This document shows, in pieces, positions 40,170-49,120 of a stretch of 64,000 nucleotides of DNA. A program made the position numbers and the translations under genes. The first letter of the stretch is position 1. Each line of letters opens with the position of its first letter. Origin of the DNA: Verrucomicrobiota bacterium. GTDB taxonomy: Bacteria; Verrucomicrobiota; Verrucomicrobiia; Limisphaerales; AAA164-E04. The notes beneath the pieces were generated by a model that was not told where the DNA came from, did not search any database, and saw only the letters and a program-made list of their open reading frames with translations. The stretch spans positions 5,888,001 to 5,952,000 of the forward strand of contig CP170459.1 in assembly GCA_047947115.1 (NCBI GenBank), in the 5' to 3' direction.

Positions 40170-40892
40170 ATGAGTGTTTCGGATGTAGCGGCCTCAGAAT
40201 CGATTGCCCACGAACCACGCCAGGGTTACCGGTTCGAACGGAAATACCACATTGAAGACTTCCCGCCGGAGGAAGTGGCGATGTGGGTCAAACGATCTCC
40301 CGCATTGTTTTTCGAATGTTTCCCGCCGCGATACATCAACAATATCTATTTCGACACCCCCAGCCTGGAGAATTACCACGAGAACCTCAGCGGACAAGCG
40401 GCACGCACTAAAATCCGGCTCAGGTGGTACGGGGACTTCCTTCACAGTCCTGCCAACCCCACCCTTGAATACAAAATTAAAAGCGGCATGGTCGGTACGA
40501 AAAACAGCTTTAAACTCCCCCCGCTGAACCTTGCGCCCGGCTTTGGCCACGACAACCTTGATGCCTACTGGTCAAAAGGCGATTTGCCCGACACAGTCCA
40601 GATGGATCTGAAAGGAGTGATCCCCACCATGTGTAACCGGTATCACCGCAAATACTACCTTTCAGCAGACGGCATGTATCGCATCACCATCGACACCCGC
40701 CTGGAATTTATCGCCATCGACCGGTTCGACAGCCAGTTTCACCGGCGCCGAATGATGGATCACAGCGTTGTCATGGAACTTAAATACGCTGGCGACATTT
40801 CGACACTCGATGAGCGGCTTGTTAATTTTTTTCCTTTCCGAGTCACTCGCATGTCGAAATACGTCACTGGTATCGAACTGTTAAATAGCTGA
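40170..40892 (+). CDS. VTC / polyphosphate polymerase domain (CYTH-like) protein
   Basis: RFERKY, NIYFDTP, RTKIRLRWY, LEYK, RITID, VMELKY, SKYVTG. Confidence 0.9.
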   Translation: MSVSDVAASESIAHEPRQGYRFERKYHIEDFPPEEVAMWVKRSPALFFECFPPRYINNIYFDTPSLENYHENLSGQAARTKIRLRWYGDFLHSPANPTLEYKIKSGMVGTKNSFKLPPLNLAPGFGHDNLDAYWSKGDLPDTVQMDLKGVIPTMCNRYHRKYYLSADGMYRITIDTRLEFIAIDRFDSQFHRRRMMDHSVVMELKYAGDISTLDERLVNFFPFRVTRMSKYVTGIELLNS

Positions 40893-40908
40893 TCCCCCCC
40901 TTTCCCAG

Positions 40909-41571
40909 ATGAGACCAGACCGACATCAAGGCATCCTGGCACCATGGCAATTCATCGCCATCCTGGCGCTTTTGGTTTGCATCGGGATTTTGCTCAATCC
41001 GGACCTGCTCAAGTTCTATGCAGGGAAGCCGGATCTGTTGATTTCAGAATTTCTCGCGGACAACCAGACAAACCGAATCGATGTCGACGGGGATCATTCC
41101 GATTGGATTGAAATCTACAATGCATCGGATGAAACCATTTCCCTGAAAGGCTGGTATCTCACCGATGATTTCCGGAACTTCAAACAATGGATGTTCCCAA
41201 TAGCGGAACTTGAACCGGGGCAATTTCTGTTGGTTTGGGCTTCAGGCAAGAACCGGACCAATTGGGTGGACGATTTACACACCAATTTCAAACTATCATC
41301 AGAGGGCGAATACCTGGCCCTTGTACGCCCCAACGGCAAAACCATCGCCCACGAATACCTGCCCAAATACCCGAAACAAAAAGCGGACATCTCCTTTGGA
41401 TTAACCAAAAGCCACTTTGAATCCCAACGATGGCTCAGCAAAGAACCTCTTCGGGACTACTCCTACTTTGCATTCCCCTCCCCACTTGAACCCAATTCCA
41501 ACGGAAGTCTCACGAGCAAGGGACTGAAACCAGCTGCCACTGAAAAAAGTAGTGGAGATAACGAGCAATAA
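40909..41571 (+). CDS. Membrane-anchored lamin-tail-domain protein
   Basis: LISEFLADN, DWIEIYN, LKGWYLTD, LHTNFKLS, DISFG. Confidence 0.88.
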   Translation: MRPDRHQGILAPWQFIAILALLVCIGILLNPDLLKFYAGKPDLLISEFLADNQTNRIDVDGDHSDWIEIYNASDETISLKGWYLTDDFRNFKQWMFPIAELEPGQFLLVWASGKNRTNWVDDLHTNFKLSSEGEYLALVRPNGKTIAHEYLPKYPKQKADISFGLTKSHFESQRWLSKEPLRDYSYFAFPSPLEPNSNGSLTSKGLKPAATEKSSGDNEQ

Positions 41572-41719
41572 TCAGCTCCATTCAGTGTCCCCCTCCGGCA
41601 ACAGGAATAAGCAGAGGTTCGAGCACAACGTGATCTGTACAGCATTCTCAACATAAGCAAAACGTTCTTCATTTGCGGACGGCACCAGTCAAACCCCATC
41701 ACCCGTTTTTTCAAAGCTC

Positions 41720-43987
41720 CTATCTATCGATGGAACCGATCACCTTCTGTCTCGCCCTCAATGAGACATTCAACCATTCCCCGTCGCGTGAGACCGGCAC
41801 ACTCCAGCGCGCTTCGATGGCTGATCCTTTGAAAGGATCGCGTAGGCGCAAATCCCGATCCACAGTGGCCATTACCTCCACCTGACGGGTCACACCGCCC
41901 TTGCGGATGGCACTGACTTTGAATCCCCCTTCGGCGCGCAGGTCGCGAAAACTCACATCCTGCCAAACGGAAGGCACAGCCGGAAAGACCCTCACTTTTT
42001 CACCCCAACTCTGCAACACCATTTGATGCACGGCTTCCATTGCCAGAAAATTGCCTTCCATAGTGAACGGGCGGTAAGTGGCGCTGACAATTTTTTGATC
42101 CCCCCGCTGCTGCCCATTGGCATGAAATCCGTTGCGGAGGGTGCACCACTCATACCACTTCAAATACTTCAGCGCCATATACGCTCTCCCGGCCCTTGCG
42201 GCAATACAGGCGAACCAACTGAAACTGTATCCCACCCAAGCGTCAGTTCCCAAATGTTCAACCTGATCCAAGGTGGCATCAATGACGTGTTGGGCCTCCC
42301 GACCGTCTTCAATCGTCAGCTGACCAAACGGATGAATGGCCATCAGATTGGAATGATGACGGTGGCTTTGCTGAAAGGGTTCACCCTCACTGAACTGCAA
42401 AACACCATGTTCGTCGACATGCCACGGCTCAAGACTTTCACCCGCGTTAACAAAACGCTCACGATCCTTCGAGGCCCCCACCGCGTCCGCCATTTCAGCC
42501 GCCGTTTCGAAAGCCATCTTGAGCATGGACAGGTCGTAATTGCTGTTGGGTTTGAGAAAGGCACGCAAGGTGTTGTCATGAATTTCCGGAGAACTGGAAA
42601 GCGGGAGTTTGAGATACCCCTGACGATCCGGAACACACAAGGCCAGCAATGCCTCGGCAATCTCCCGAGTAAACGGCCAGGCCTTTTCGCGCAGGAACGT
42701 ATCGTCAGCGGTCATTTTCCAATGCCGATGATAAATCTGCACGATCCATGCCCCGTGCGTCGGTGAAAGCGAATACATCCCCCAACCTCCCAGGGGCTGA
42801 CCTTTATAATCCGCCACGCCGGGCACGACAGCACCTCGATTCAGTCCGTAGAATTCTTTTGCGAACTTCCGATACTGAGGCAGCAAACTCATGTTGTAAT
42901 CCAAAAAACTCAACCCCTCGTCAAACAACCCGGCCGTCGGATAAGCAATGTAAGTGGTTTGGGTGTTGAGATCATGATGGTAATCACCTTTCCATGGAGG
43001 CAAACCACCGGTATCCGCCGTCCAGACGCCCTGCAACGGAATAGGAGGCGCATGTTTTCGACTGGCTGCGCCGTAAAAGTATTTGACCAGATTGTAATGG
43101 CGTTGCAGGGAAGCATCCGGCACATCAACCGACGAACCCGTCCACCATTGATTCCAACACTCGGTGTGTTCCTTTGCAACATCCTCATACCCGTCTTTCA
43201 AGGCAGCTTTCACCCGCGCTTGCCCCAGTGTGAGCGGTTCCTCGCCATCTTCTGAACTGGTGATACTGAGTGCCAACTCCAAGTGGGTGTCTGTTTGTTT
43301 TGCGCCGACGACGATGGCATAAGCCCCATCAGCAACGGTTTTTTGCACCATCCAGAACAACGCTCCCTCCCCGCCGGAATCAGCTTTTGGATACCCCAGT
43401 TTGTCCAGAGATTCCGGACGCACAAAATCCAGTTCAGCCGCCACCCGTGGAAGCCGGGCCACCGCTACCGGTCGGGTGGCTGAAAACAAACATTCCATAG
43501 AAACTGACTCACCCAATTCAACCGAACCGATCGCATGATGCATGTCCAAGGAGAAATTTCCCACCTTGATATGTTCGGGCAGGTTGATCATCAAACGCCC
43601 GCCAGGAATCTTGGTCGGGTACATGTCGCAATCGTAACACTCATCGAAGTGATCCCGGATAGCCTGAATATTTCCTACGGCGACCCATTGTTTGAGGTGG
43701 TCATAATCCCACGTTGCTTGCTGCGTGATGGGATGAGGTCGATTGTCCCAAAGCCCACCGCGATCGAGGGACAATCGAATCTGATTCCCCTCGCCCCACA
43801 ACAACCCACCCGTCAAACCATTACCCAAAGGGATCGCTTCATCCCACCGATCAATGGGACCATTGAGCGTCAATTGCATCGAATTCGGTTGAGCCGAAAG
43901 ATGGCATTGTGAAGTAAAGCAGAAGCAAACCGAAATCACCAGATAAAGAAGAACTACCGAGCAAACCGAGAATAGTTTCATACTCAC
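41720..43987 (-). CDS. GH95-family glycoside hydrolase (alpha-L-fucosidase-like), secreted
   Basis: WDEAIPLGNG, LQGVWT, PWKGDYHHDLN, SSSPE, HRHHSNL, MEGNF, LRAEGGF. Confidence 0.88.
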   Translation of the reverse strand: MSMKLFSVCSVVLLYLVISVCFCFTSQCHLSAQPNSMQLTLNGPIDRWDEAIPLGNGLTGGLLWGEGNQIRLSLDRGGLWDNRPHPITQQATWDYDHLKQWVAVGNIQAIRDHFDECYDCDMYPTKIPGGRLMINLPEHIKVGNFSLDMHHAIGSVELGESVSMECLFSATRPVAVARLPRVAAELDFVRPESLDKLGYPKADSGGEGALFWMVQKTVADGAYAIVVGAKQTDTHLELALSITSSEDGEEPLTLGQARVKAALKDGYEDVAKEHTECWNQWWTGSSVDVPDASLQRHYNLVKYFYGAASRKHAPPIPLQGVWTADTGGLPPWKGDYHHDLNTQTTYIAYPTAGLFDEGLSFLDYNMSLLPQYRKFAKEFYGLNRGAVVPGVADYKGQPLGGWGMYSLSPTHGAWIVQIYHRHWKMTADDTFLREKAWPFTREIAEALLALCVPDRQGYLKLPLSSSPEIHDNTLRAFLKPNSNYDLSMLKMAFETAAEMADAVGASKDRERFVNAGESLEPWHVDEHGVLQFSEGEPFQQSHRHHSNLMAIHPFGQLTIEDGREAQHVIDATLDQVEHLGTDAWVGYSFSWFACIAARAGRAYMALKYLKWYEWCTLRNGFHANGQQRGDQKIVSATYRPFTMEGNFLAMEAVHQMVLQSWGEKVRVFPAVPSVWQDVSFRDLRAEGGFKVSAIRKGGVTRQVEVMATVDRDLRLRDPFKGSAIEARWSVPVSRDGEWLNVSLRARQKVIGSIDR

Positions 43988-44159
43988 ATCCTACCAAAAA
44001 AACGACACCAACGAAGATATTTCATCCATTAAACCCCGTAACGCACCAAGTAAATGAAGCTAATACACCCCCTCAGAAACCGCCCCCAACAAACACCGTA
44101 AGAAGAGCTACTAATATCCAACGGCTCATATTCATCGAAGAATCCCGAACAGCGGCAAT

Positions 44160-44317
44160 AAGGGCGGTTATTTTCCCGCGACTGCGTGGATCCCCGGCGA
44201 GTCGCCTTGTGATTTCCGGATTCCAAGACGTCTTAGTTTCGGGAAGTCTTCGGTATGCAAACACGCCACATCCGCATAGCTGACGCTAGCGGGCGGACCG
44301 AGACGCTCCGATCTACC
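44160..44317. repeat. Dispersed structured REPIN-like repeat, copy C
   Basis: TCCCGCGACTGCGTGGATCCC is identical to copy B; also CCACATCCGCATAGCT and CCGATCTACC. Confidence 0.85.
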
Positions 44318-44319
44318 TG

Positions 44320-44403
44320 GCGCACTCTTCAGGGCTCAATCCTCCTCTCAACGCAAGTCCTGGGGCGATGCCCCAGGCTGATATAGGCTGCCCCTTTGGG
44401 GCG
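44320..44403. repeat. Non-autonomous palindromic element abutting copy C
   Basis: Central hairpin CCTGGGGC-gat-GCCCCAGG with flanking small hairpins (..TTCAGGGC, GCCCC-ttt-GGGGC). Only one copy in the window. Confidence 0.45.
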
Positions 44404-44408
44404 AAAAG

Positions 44409-44444
44409 AAATGAGAGCACGAGTTTCAACTCGTGCTCTCATTT
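44409..44444 (-). terminator. Hairpin downstream of the oxidoreductase, likely terminator
   Basis: Perfect inverted repeat AAATGAGAGCACGAGTT-tc-AACTCGTGCTCTCATTT. Confidence 0.75.
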
Positions 44445-44475
44445 AAAAATCTTCGTGGCTTGTAGTGAGAAAAAA

Positions 44476-45753
44476 TCAAATGACCCAAGGCCCACGCATG
44501 GGTTGCTTGATATAGCTATTGGCGTCGTCGTCGTTGATGAAGCGCTGGGTCACATTGTCGAAGCGCAGGACACGTCGGGTGCGCAGGGCGATTTTCCCAA
44601 GGTTCACAATGGTGCAGGAGCGGTGCCCGTTCTGATCATTCAACGCAAATGGTTTTCTGTCCCGAACAGCTTCCAGAAAGTCGGTGACCTGTGGTTCGGG
44701 ATCAGGGAATTCAGCGAGTTTTTTCTCCAGATCAGGGATGTCTGACTTGAATCCTTTGTAAAGCTTGCCTTTCGGCCCTTCGATGTAGGCGGCTTCCTTG
44801 AGCTTGTTTTCGCCGTCCAAAAGAATCTCACATCCATCGGCATATTTAAATCGAATCCAGCGCCAGGCCGTGACCGCGTCATCGTCTTGCGGATCGGTGT
44901 CGGCTTCGATTTCGACGGGACTTTCGTTGTCTTTGCCAAGCAGGTATTGGGTGGGATCAATGTAGTGCTGCCCCATGTCGCCCAATCCGCCGCCATCATA
45001 ATCCCAGTATCCCCGGAAAGTGCCGTGCACGCGGTGCGGGTGGTAGGGTTTGAAAGGGGCGGGGCCCAACCAGAAGTCGTAATCCAGTTCCTCGGGGACA
45101 GGCTGTGGGGTAAGATCAGTACGACCACTCCAGTTATGTTTCCAATTGAACCCGGTCGCTTCGTTCAGGGTCACTTTCAACGGCCAACCGAGCAGTCCAC
45201 TTTCCACCAGTTTCTTGATGGGTTTGACCTCGGTTCCCATGCCGTAGAATCCGGATTGAAAACGAAACCATGTGTTGAGTCTGAAAATACGTTTATTGCG
45301 TTGCACGGCTTCCACGACTTTTTCCCCTTCATATATGGTACGGGTCATGGGTTTTTCACACCAAATATCCTTCCCGGCCTCGGCAGCGGCTATGGATATC
45401 AGCGCATGCCAATGCGGAGGTGTGGGGATATGGACGATATCGACGTCCTTGCGTGCCAAGACTTCCCTGAAATCACTGTAGCCTTTGACGTCGGGTCCGG
45501 ATTGTTCGAGAGCTGTTTTCAAATGTCCCCGATCCACATCGCAAACCGCAATGAGCTTCGAACCAGGATTCACGCTTTGAAGGTGCCCACGCCCCATACC
45601 ACCCACACCGATCACGGCTTTGGTGGGGATTTCGTTGGGACTGAGGATACCTTGCCCACCGAGCACATGCCTGGGAACGATTTGAATGGAGGCTGCGATG
45701 GCAGGCAAGGAGCCCAGAAAACGACGGCGAGTGAATGACAGATGCTTTCTCAT
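44476..45753 (-). CDS. Gfo/Idh/MocA oxidoreductase with Tat signal
   Basis: TRRRFL, IGVGGMG, TPPHWH, CEKP, WLGPAP, GDMGQH. Confidence 0.93.
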   Translation of the reverse strand: MRKHLSFTRRRFLGSLPAIAASIQIVPRHVLGGQGILSPNEIPTKAVIGVGGMGRGHLQSVNPGSKLIAVCDVDRGHLKTALEQSGPDVKGYSDFREVLARKDVDIVHIPTPPHWHALISIAAAEAGKDIWCEKPMTRTIYEGEKVVEAVQRNKRIFRLNTWFRFQSGFYGMGTEVKPIKKLVESGLLGWPLKVTLNEATGFNWKHNWSGRTDLTPQPVPEELDYDFWLGPAPFKPYHPHRVHGTFRGYWDYDGGGLGDMGQHYIDPTQYLLGKDNESPVEIEADTDPQDDDAVTAWRWIRFKYADGCEILLDGENKLKEAAYIEGPKGKLYKGFKSDIPDLEKKLAEFPDPEPQVTDFLEAVRDRKPFALNDQNGHRSCTIVNLGKIALRTRRVLRFDNVTQRFINDDDANSYIKQPMRGPWVI

Positions 45754-45832
45754 GGTGTTGTTGAATACTAATCAAACCCGGTGTGGCGTCAACAATTACG
45801 TGCCGGGGTTACTTGGCGGCTTGGAGTTTATT

Positions 45833-45976
45833 TGAACCGCAGATGGCACAGATTTTCACAGATTCTTAAACTAGGTTACGAAGTGTGGCTATACCAATGT
45901 AATGGTCGCCCATACGGAGCAGAGAGTCTGATTCACCCTTACCTTATCTGCGTTAATCTGCGAAATCTGCGGTTCA
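45833..45976. mobile_element. MITE-like element with 31-bp imperfect inverted ends made of three CAGAT units
   Basis: Left end TGAACCGCAGATGGCACAGATTTTCACAGAT; right end (reverse complement) TGAACCGCAGATTTCGCAGATTAACGCAGAT; 82-bp interior. Confidence 0.65.
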
Positions 45977-45991
45977 TCAAACAATCTTGAA

Positions 45992-46903
45992 TCAATCCCC
46001 GTTGTGCAGTTTGTAGTAGTCGCAGAGGTAGTCCCAGATCTCTTCCGCGGTTTCGGCATAGGTGAAGATATCCAGGTCTTCCGGGGCAATCGTACCGACT
46101 TCCAGCAGAAAATCCCAATCGATCAATCGATTCCAATATTCCTTGCCGACCAGAATGACCGGTATGGGGTCAACTTTTTTTGTCTGGATCAAGGTTAAGG
46201 CTTCAAACAATTCATCCAGAGTTCCGAATCCACCCGGGAAGCACACCAATGCCTTGGCCCGCTTGAGAAAGTGCATTTTACGCAGGGCGAAGTAATGGAA
46301 TTGAAAACAGAGCTCCGGTGTGATGTAAGGATTCGGAGCTTGCTCATGGGGCAGAACGATGTTGTGCCCAATGCTCTTGGCTTGCACATCATGAGCGCCC
46401 CGATTGGCGGCTTCCATGATCCCTGGCCCCCCCCCTGTGGTCACCACAAAATTGCAGACCCCGGACAATTGGCAACTGGCGGAAACAATCTGGCCCAGAT
46501 TTCTCGCCACGTCGTAATATCTGGACCATTTGAGGAGATGTTCGGCTGATTTGAATTCTTTCTGGATCGCGCTGTTTTCCGTATCGTTTTTCAGCCTGGA
46601 CTGCACTTCATCGAGCCGATTCAACGCATCTTCCCGTGATAAAATACGCGATCCCCCGAACATGACGATGGTGGATTCGACGCGGTGCCATTGTTGAATG
46701 ATCTCCGGTTTTTCAAACTCTAGCAACAGCCGCATGCTCCGCATCTCATCACGAAGAAGGAATTCATTGTCCTGAAATGCCAACTTATAGGCATGAGATC
46801 GGGTCTGTGGCGTCGAAGTCTGATTTTGGGCATCCTTTACAGCGTTCGCCGCCGCGTGGTAGGCCTTGTTCTCGAAAGAAGCGGGTATTTTGATTTTCTT
46901 CAT
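45992..46903 (-). CDS. LOG family (Rossmann-fold nucleotide phosphoribohydrolase) protein
   Basis: TGGGPGIMEAANRGA, FHYFALRKMHF, PGGFGTLDE. Confidence 0.92.
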   Translation of the reverse strand: MKKIKIPASFENKAYHAAANAVKDAQNQTSTPQTRSHAYKLAFQDNEFLLRDEMRSMRLLLEFEKPEIIQQWHRVESTIVMFGGSRILSREDALNRLDEVQSRLKNDTENSAIQKEFKSAEHLLKWSRYYDVARNLGQIVSASCQLSGVCNFVVTTGGGPGIMEAANRGAHDVQAKSIGHNIVLPHEQAPNPYITPELCFQFHYFALRKMHFLKRAKALVCFPGGFGTLDELFEALTLIQTKKVDPIPVILVGKEYWNRLIDWDFLLEVGTIAPEDLDIFTYAETAEEIWDYLCDYYKLHNGD

Positions 46904-47158
46904 GATTCCTATGGGGTTTGCTGGAAGCTGTTGCATAATGAGGACAAACTCAAGCACAAAGGAATCAGCTCATGGTCATTGGAATTCCAGCCCCTTCCTT
47001 GATCATTCGAAGACATCCAATGCGGTGCCCAGCGCAGGCGAGCCCAAAAAGACTCATCACGGTTTGTTTGAGTCTTGGACGCATTTTTGTGATTCGGAAG
47101 TACATTCAACGGCGAAAGACCAGTTGCAGCTATACACATGGAATCGTATGCTTCGGGC

Positions 47159-48583
47159 ATGAAACGATGTCTCATGCTATTTGCCTTGTTGATGATGGCC
47201 ACTGGAATCTGTATCACATCGCAGGCAGCGGATACGGAACCGACCGATCCATCTGAAGCGCCGGTGTACATCCTCCCCATTCGTGAAGACATCATGCCAC
47301 CGTTGACCTATCTGGTCCGCCGAGGCGTCAAGGAAGCCATCGCAAGCAACGCCCAATGCCTCATCATTGACATGGAAACCAACGGAGGACGCGTGGACGT
47401 CACCGAAGAAATCATCCAACTCATCAACCGGTTCGAGGGTCGCAAAATCACTTACATCAATGCCAAGGCTTTTTCGGCAGGAGCGTTTATCTCGGTTGCC
47501 ACCCAGGAGATTTACATGTCGCCGGTCAGCGTCATCGGAGCGGCGGCTCCCATCATGTTGAGCCCGGGCGGTGGTGCCGGAGAAATGCCGGACACAATGG
47601 AAGTCAAGATGACCTCTGGCATTTCCGCATTGATTCGAGCCACCGCCGAGCAGAACGGTCACGACCCCATGGTAGTGGATGCCATGATCGACAAATCAAA
47701 GGAACTGACCAAGGACGGCGTAATATTGAGTGAAAAAGGTCAGATCCTGACACTCACCAACACAGAAGCCGAAAAAACATATGGCGATCCCCCCTCCCCC
47801 CTACTGAGTAAAGGAACCGTGGCTTCATTGGACGACCTCATCGTCCAGCTGGGATATGGAGAAGCCCCGATTAGATCCATTGAGCCTACCGGTGCCGAAC
47901 AAGTCGGAACCTGGATCAATAAATTCAGTTCAATCCTTCTCATACTGGGCATCCTGGGAGTTTATCTGGAGTTCAAAACTCCAGGTTTCGGACTGCCTGG
48001 GATTCTTGGCCTGACAGCCTTCGCCATTTATTTTCTTGGGGGCTATGTTGCGGGTTTGTCCGGACTGGAATGGGCGGCTCTTTTCGTATTGGGCCTCTTC
48101 CTGTTGATCATCGAACTATTCTTTATCCCCGGCACCATGATCGTTGGGTTGTTTGGAGCGGGACTGATGTTGTGGTCACTCCTGATGGGCTTGGTCGACC
48201 TGGACCCGACCGTTCCGGTCTGGCACATCCCCAGCGCGGCACAATTCAAATATCCGCTTCAAGTGCTCGGAACTTCCATCATCGGTTCGGCCATCTGTAT
48301 CGTCCTGTTGAGCACCATCCTTCCCAAAACCACCTTTTATGGTCAACTGATCTCCGCAACAACCAGCGCTGAACAAAGTGTGGTCACCCGTGAGAAAGAA
48401 GAAAAATCCATGATGGGGTGTGAGGGAGTTTCTGTATCAACCCTGAGACCGGGTGGAAAAGGTGAATTTGACGGAAAACTTTTGGACGTCATCACCGATG
48501 GGGACATGATTTCATCAGGCAAACGCATACGTATCGTGGGGTTTTCGGCTCACGACGCAATCGTGGAGGAAGTCAAGTCCTAA
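47159..48583 (+). CDS. NfeD family membrane-bound serine protease
   Basis: DMETNGG, AFSAGAFI, IGAAAP, EFKTPGFG, C-terminal OB fold (STLRPGGK...DVIT). Confidence 0.9.
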   Translation: MKRCLMLFALLMMATGICITSQAADTEPTDPSEAPVYILPIREDIMPPLTYLVRRGVKEAIASNAQCLIIDMETNGGRVDVTEEIIQLINRFEGRKITYINAKAFSAGAFISVATQEIYMSPVSVIGAAAPIMLSPGGGAGEMPDTMEVKMTSGISALIRATAEQNGHDPMVVDAMIDKSKELTKDGVILSEKGQILTLTNTEAEKTYGDPPSPLLSKGTVASLDDLIVQLGYGEAPIRSIEPTGAEQVGTWINKFSSILLILGILGVYLEFKTPGFGLPGILGLTAFAIYFLGGYVAGLSGLEWAALFVLGLFLLIIELFFIPGTMIVGLFGAGLMLWSLLMGLVDLDPTVPVWHIPSAAQFKYPLQVLGTSIIGSAICIVLLSTILPKTTFYGQLISATTSAEQSVVTREKEEKSMMGCEGVSVSTLRPGGKGEFDGKLLDVITDGDMISSGKRIRIVGFSAHDAIVEEVKS

Positions 48584-48795
48584 ATCATTCTCTTGCATCT
48601 CTTAAAATTTCTTTAGATTGCCCATTGCCAGCCTTCGAAAAATAGGATTATGATGGTTACCTGCCAAGTTGTCCGACGCTCGGAAAAGGCGTGCCTTTGA
48701 ATGATGACACAGGAAGCTTGAGCAGAGCGGGCAGAGTCCCCCGAAAATCGAGTTCGGACCGGATTTTTTGGACCAATTCAAGCTTTTTCGGGCAT

Positions 48796-48825
48796 TGTGA
48801 ATAACTCGTGAATAAGTGTGAATAT
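48796..48825. promoter_or_regulatory. Three tandem DnaA boxes upstream of dnaA, plus a fourth at 49073-49081
   Basis: TGTGAATAA (= TTATTCACA, matches TTWTNCACA); CGTGAATAA, TGTGAATAT and AGTGAATAA have one mismatch each. Confidence 0.65.
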
Positions 48826-49120
48826 GTTATGCTCGATGCTTGGGAAAGATTAGAGCTAGTCTTGGTCACGTGCCACGAGATCGGTGGCTCAGCTCCTCGC
48901 CAACTGGAGCGAAACAGAAGTAAGATTTGATTGTTTTTATTAAATATCAACAAGTTGCAACACAGGAAAGCTTGTCATCGTTTTGTAACAACTTGCTCTG
49001 AACCATCGAGTTCGGAAGAGTCGACAAGCCCAACTGAAGAGTGGTCGGTGTCATAGAGACGTAACATTGGACAGTGAATAAAGTAAGATAACGTCGTATT
49101 ATAAGACTATTTTTGATATC

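Noticed and set aside
44029..44264. Short minus-strand ORFs including a CrcB-like VFVGGG stretch
   Set aside because: They overlap repeat copy C, contain stops, and the similarity is limited to a few residues.
1782..44317. The three-copy repeat as a CRISPR or TIGR array, or as integron attC sites
   Set aside because: The copies are dispersed kilobases apart rather than tandem. No cas, Tas or integron integrase gene is in the window, and I see no RYYYAAC...GTTRRRY ends.
48584..49120. Definitive oriC call
   Set aside because: There are only four boxes, no dnaN, and spot counts show no GC-skew inversion. It is kept as a DnaA-box cluster only.
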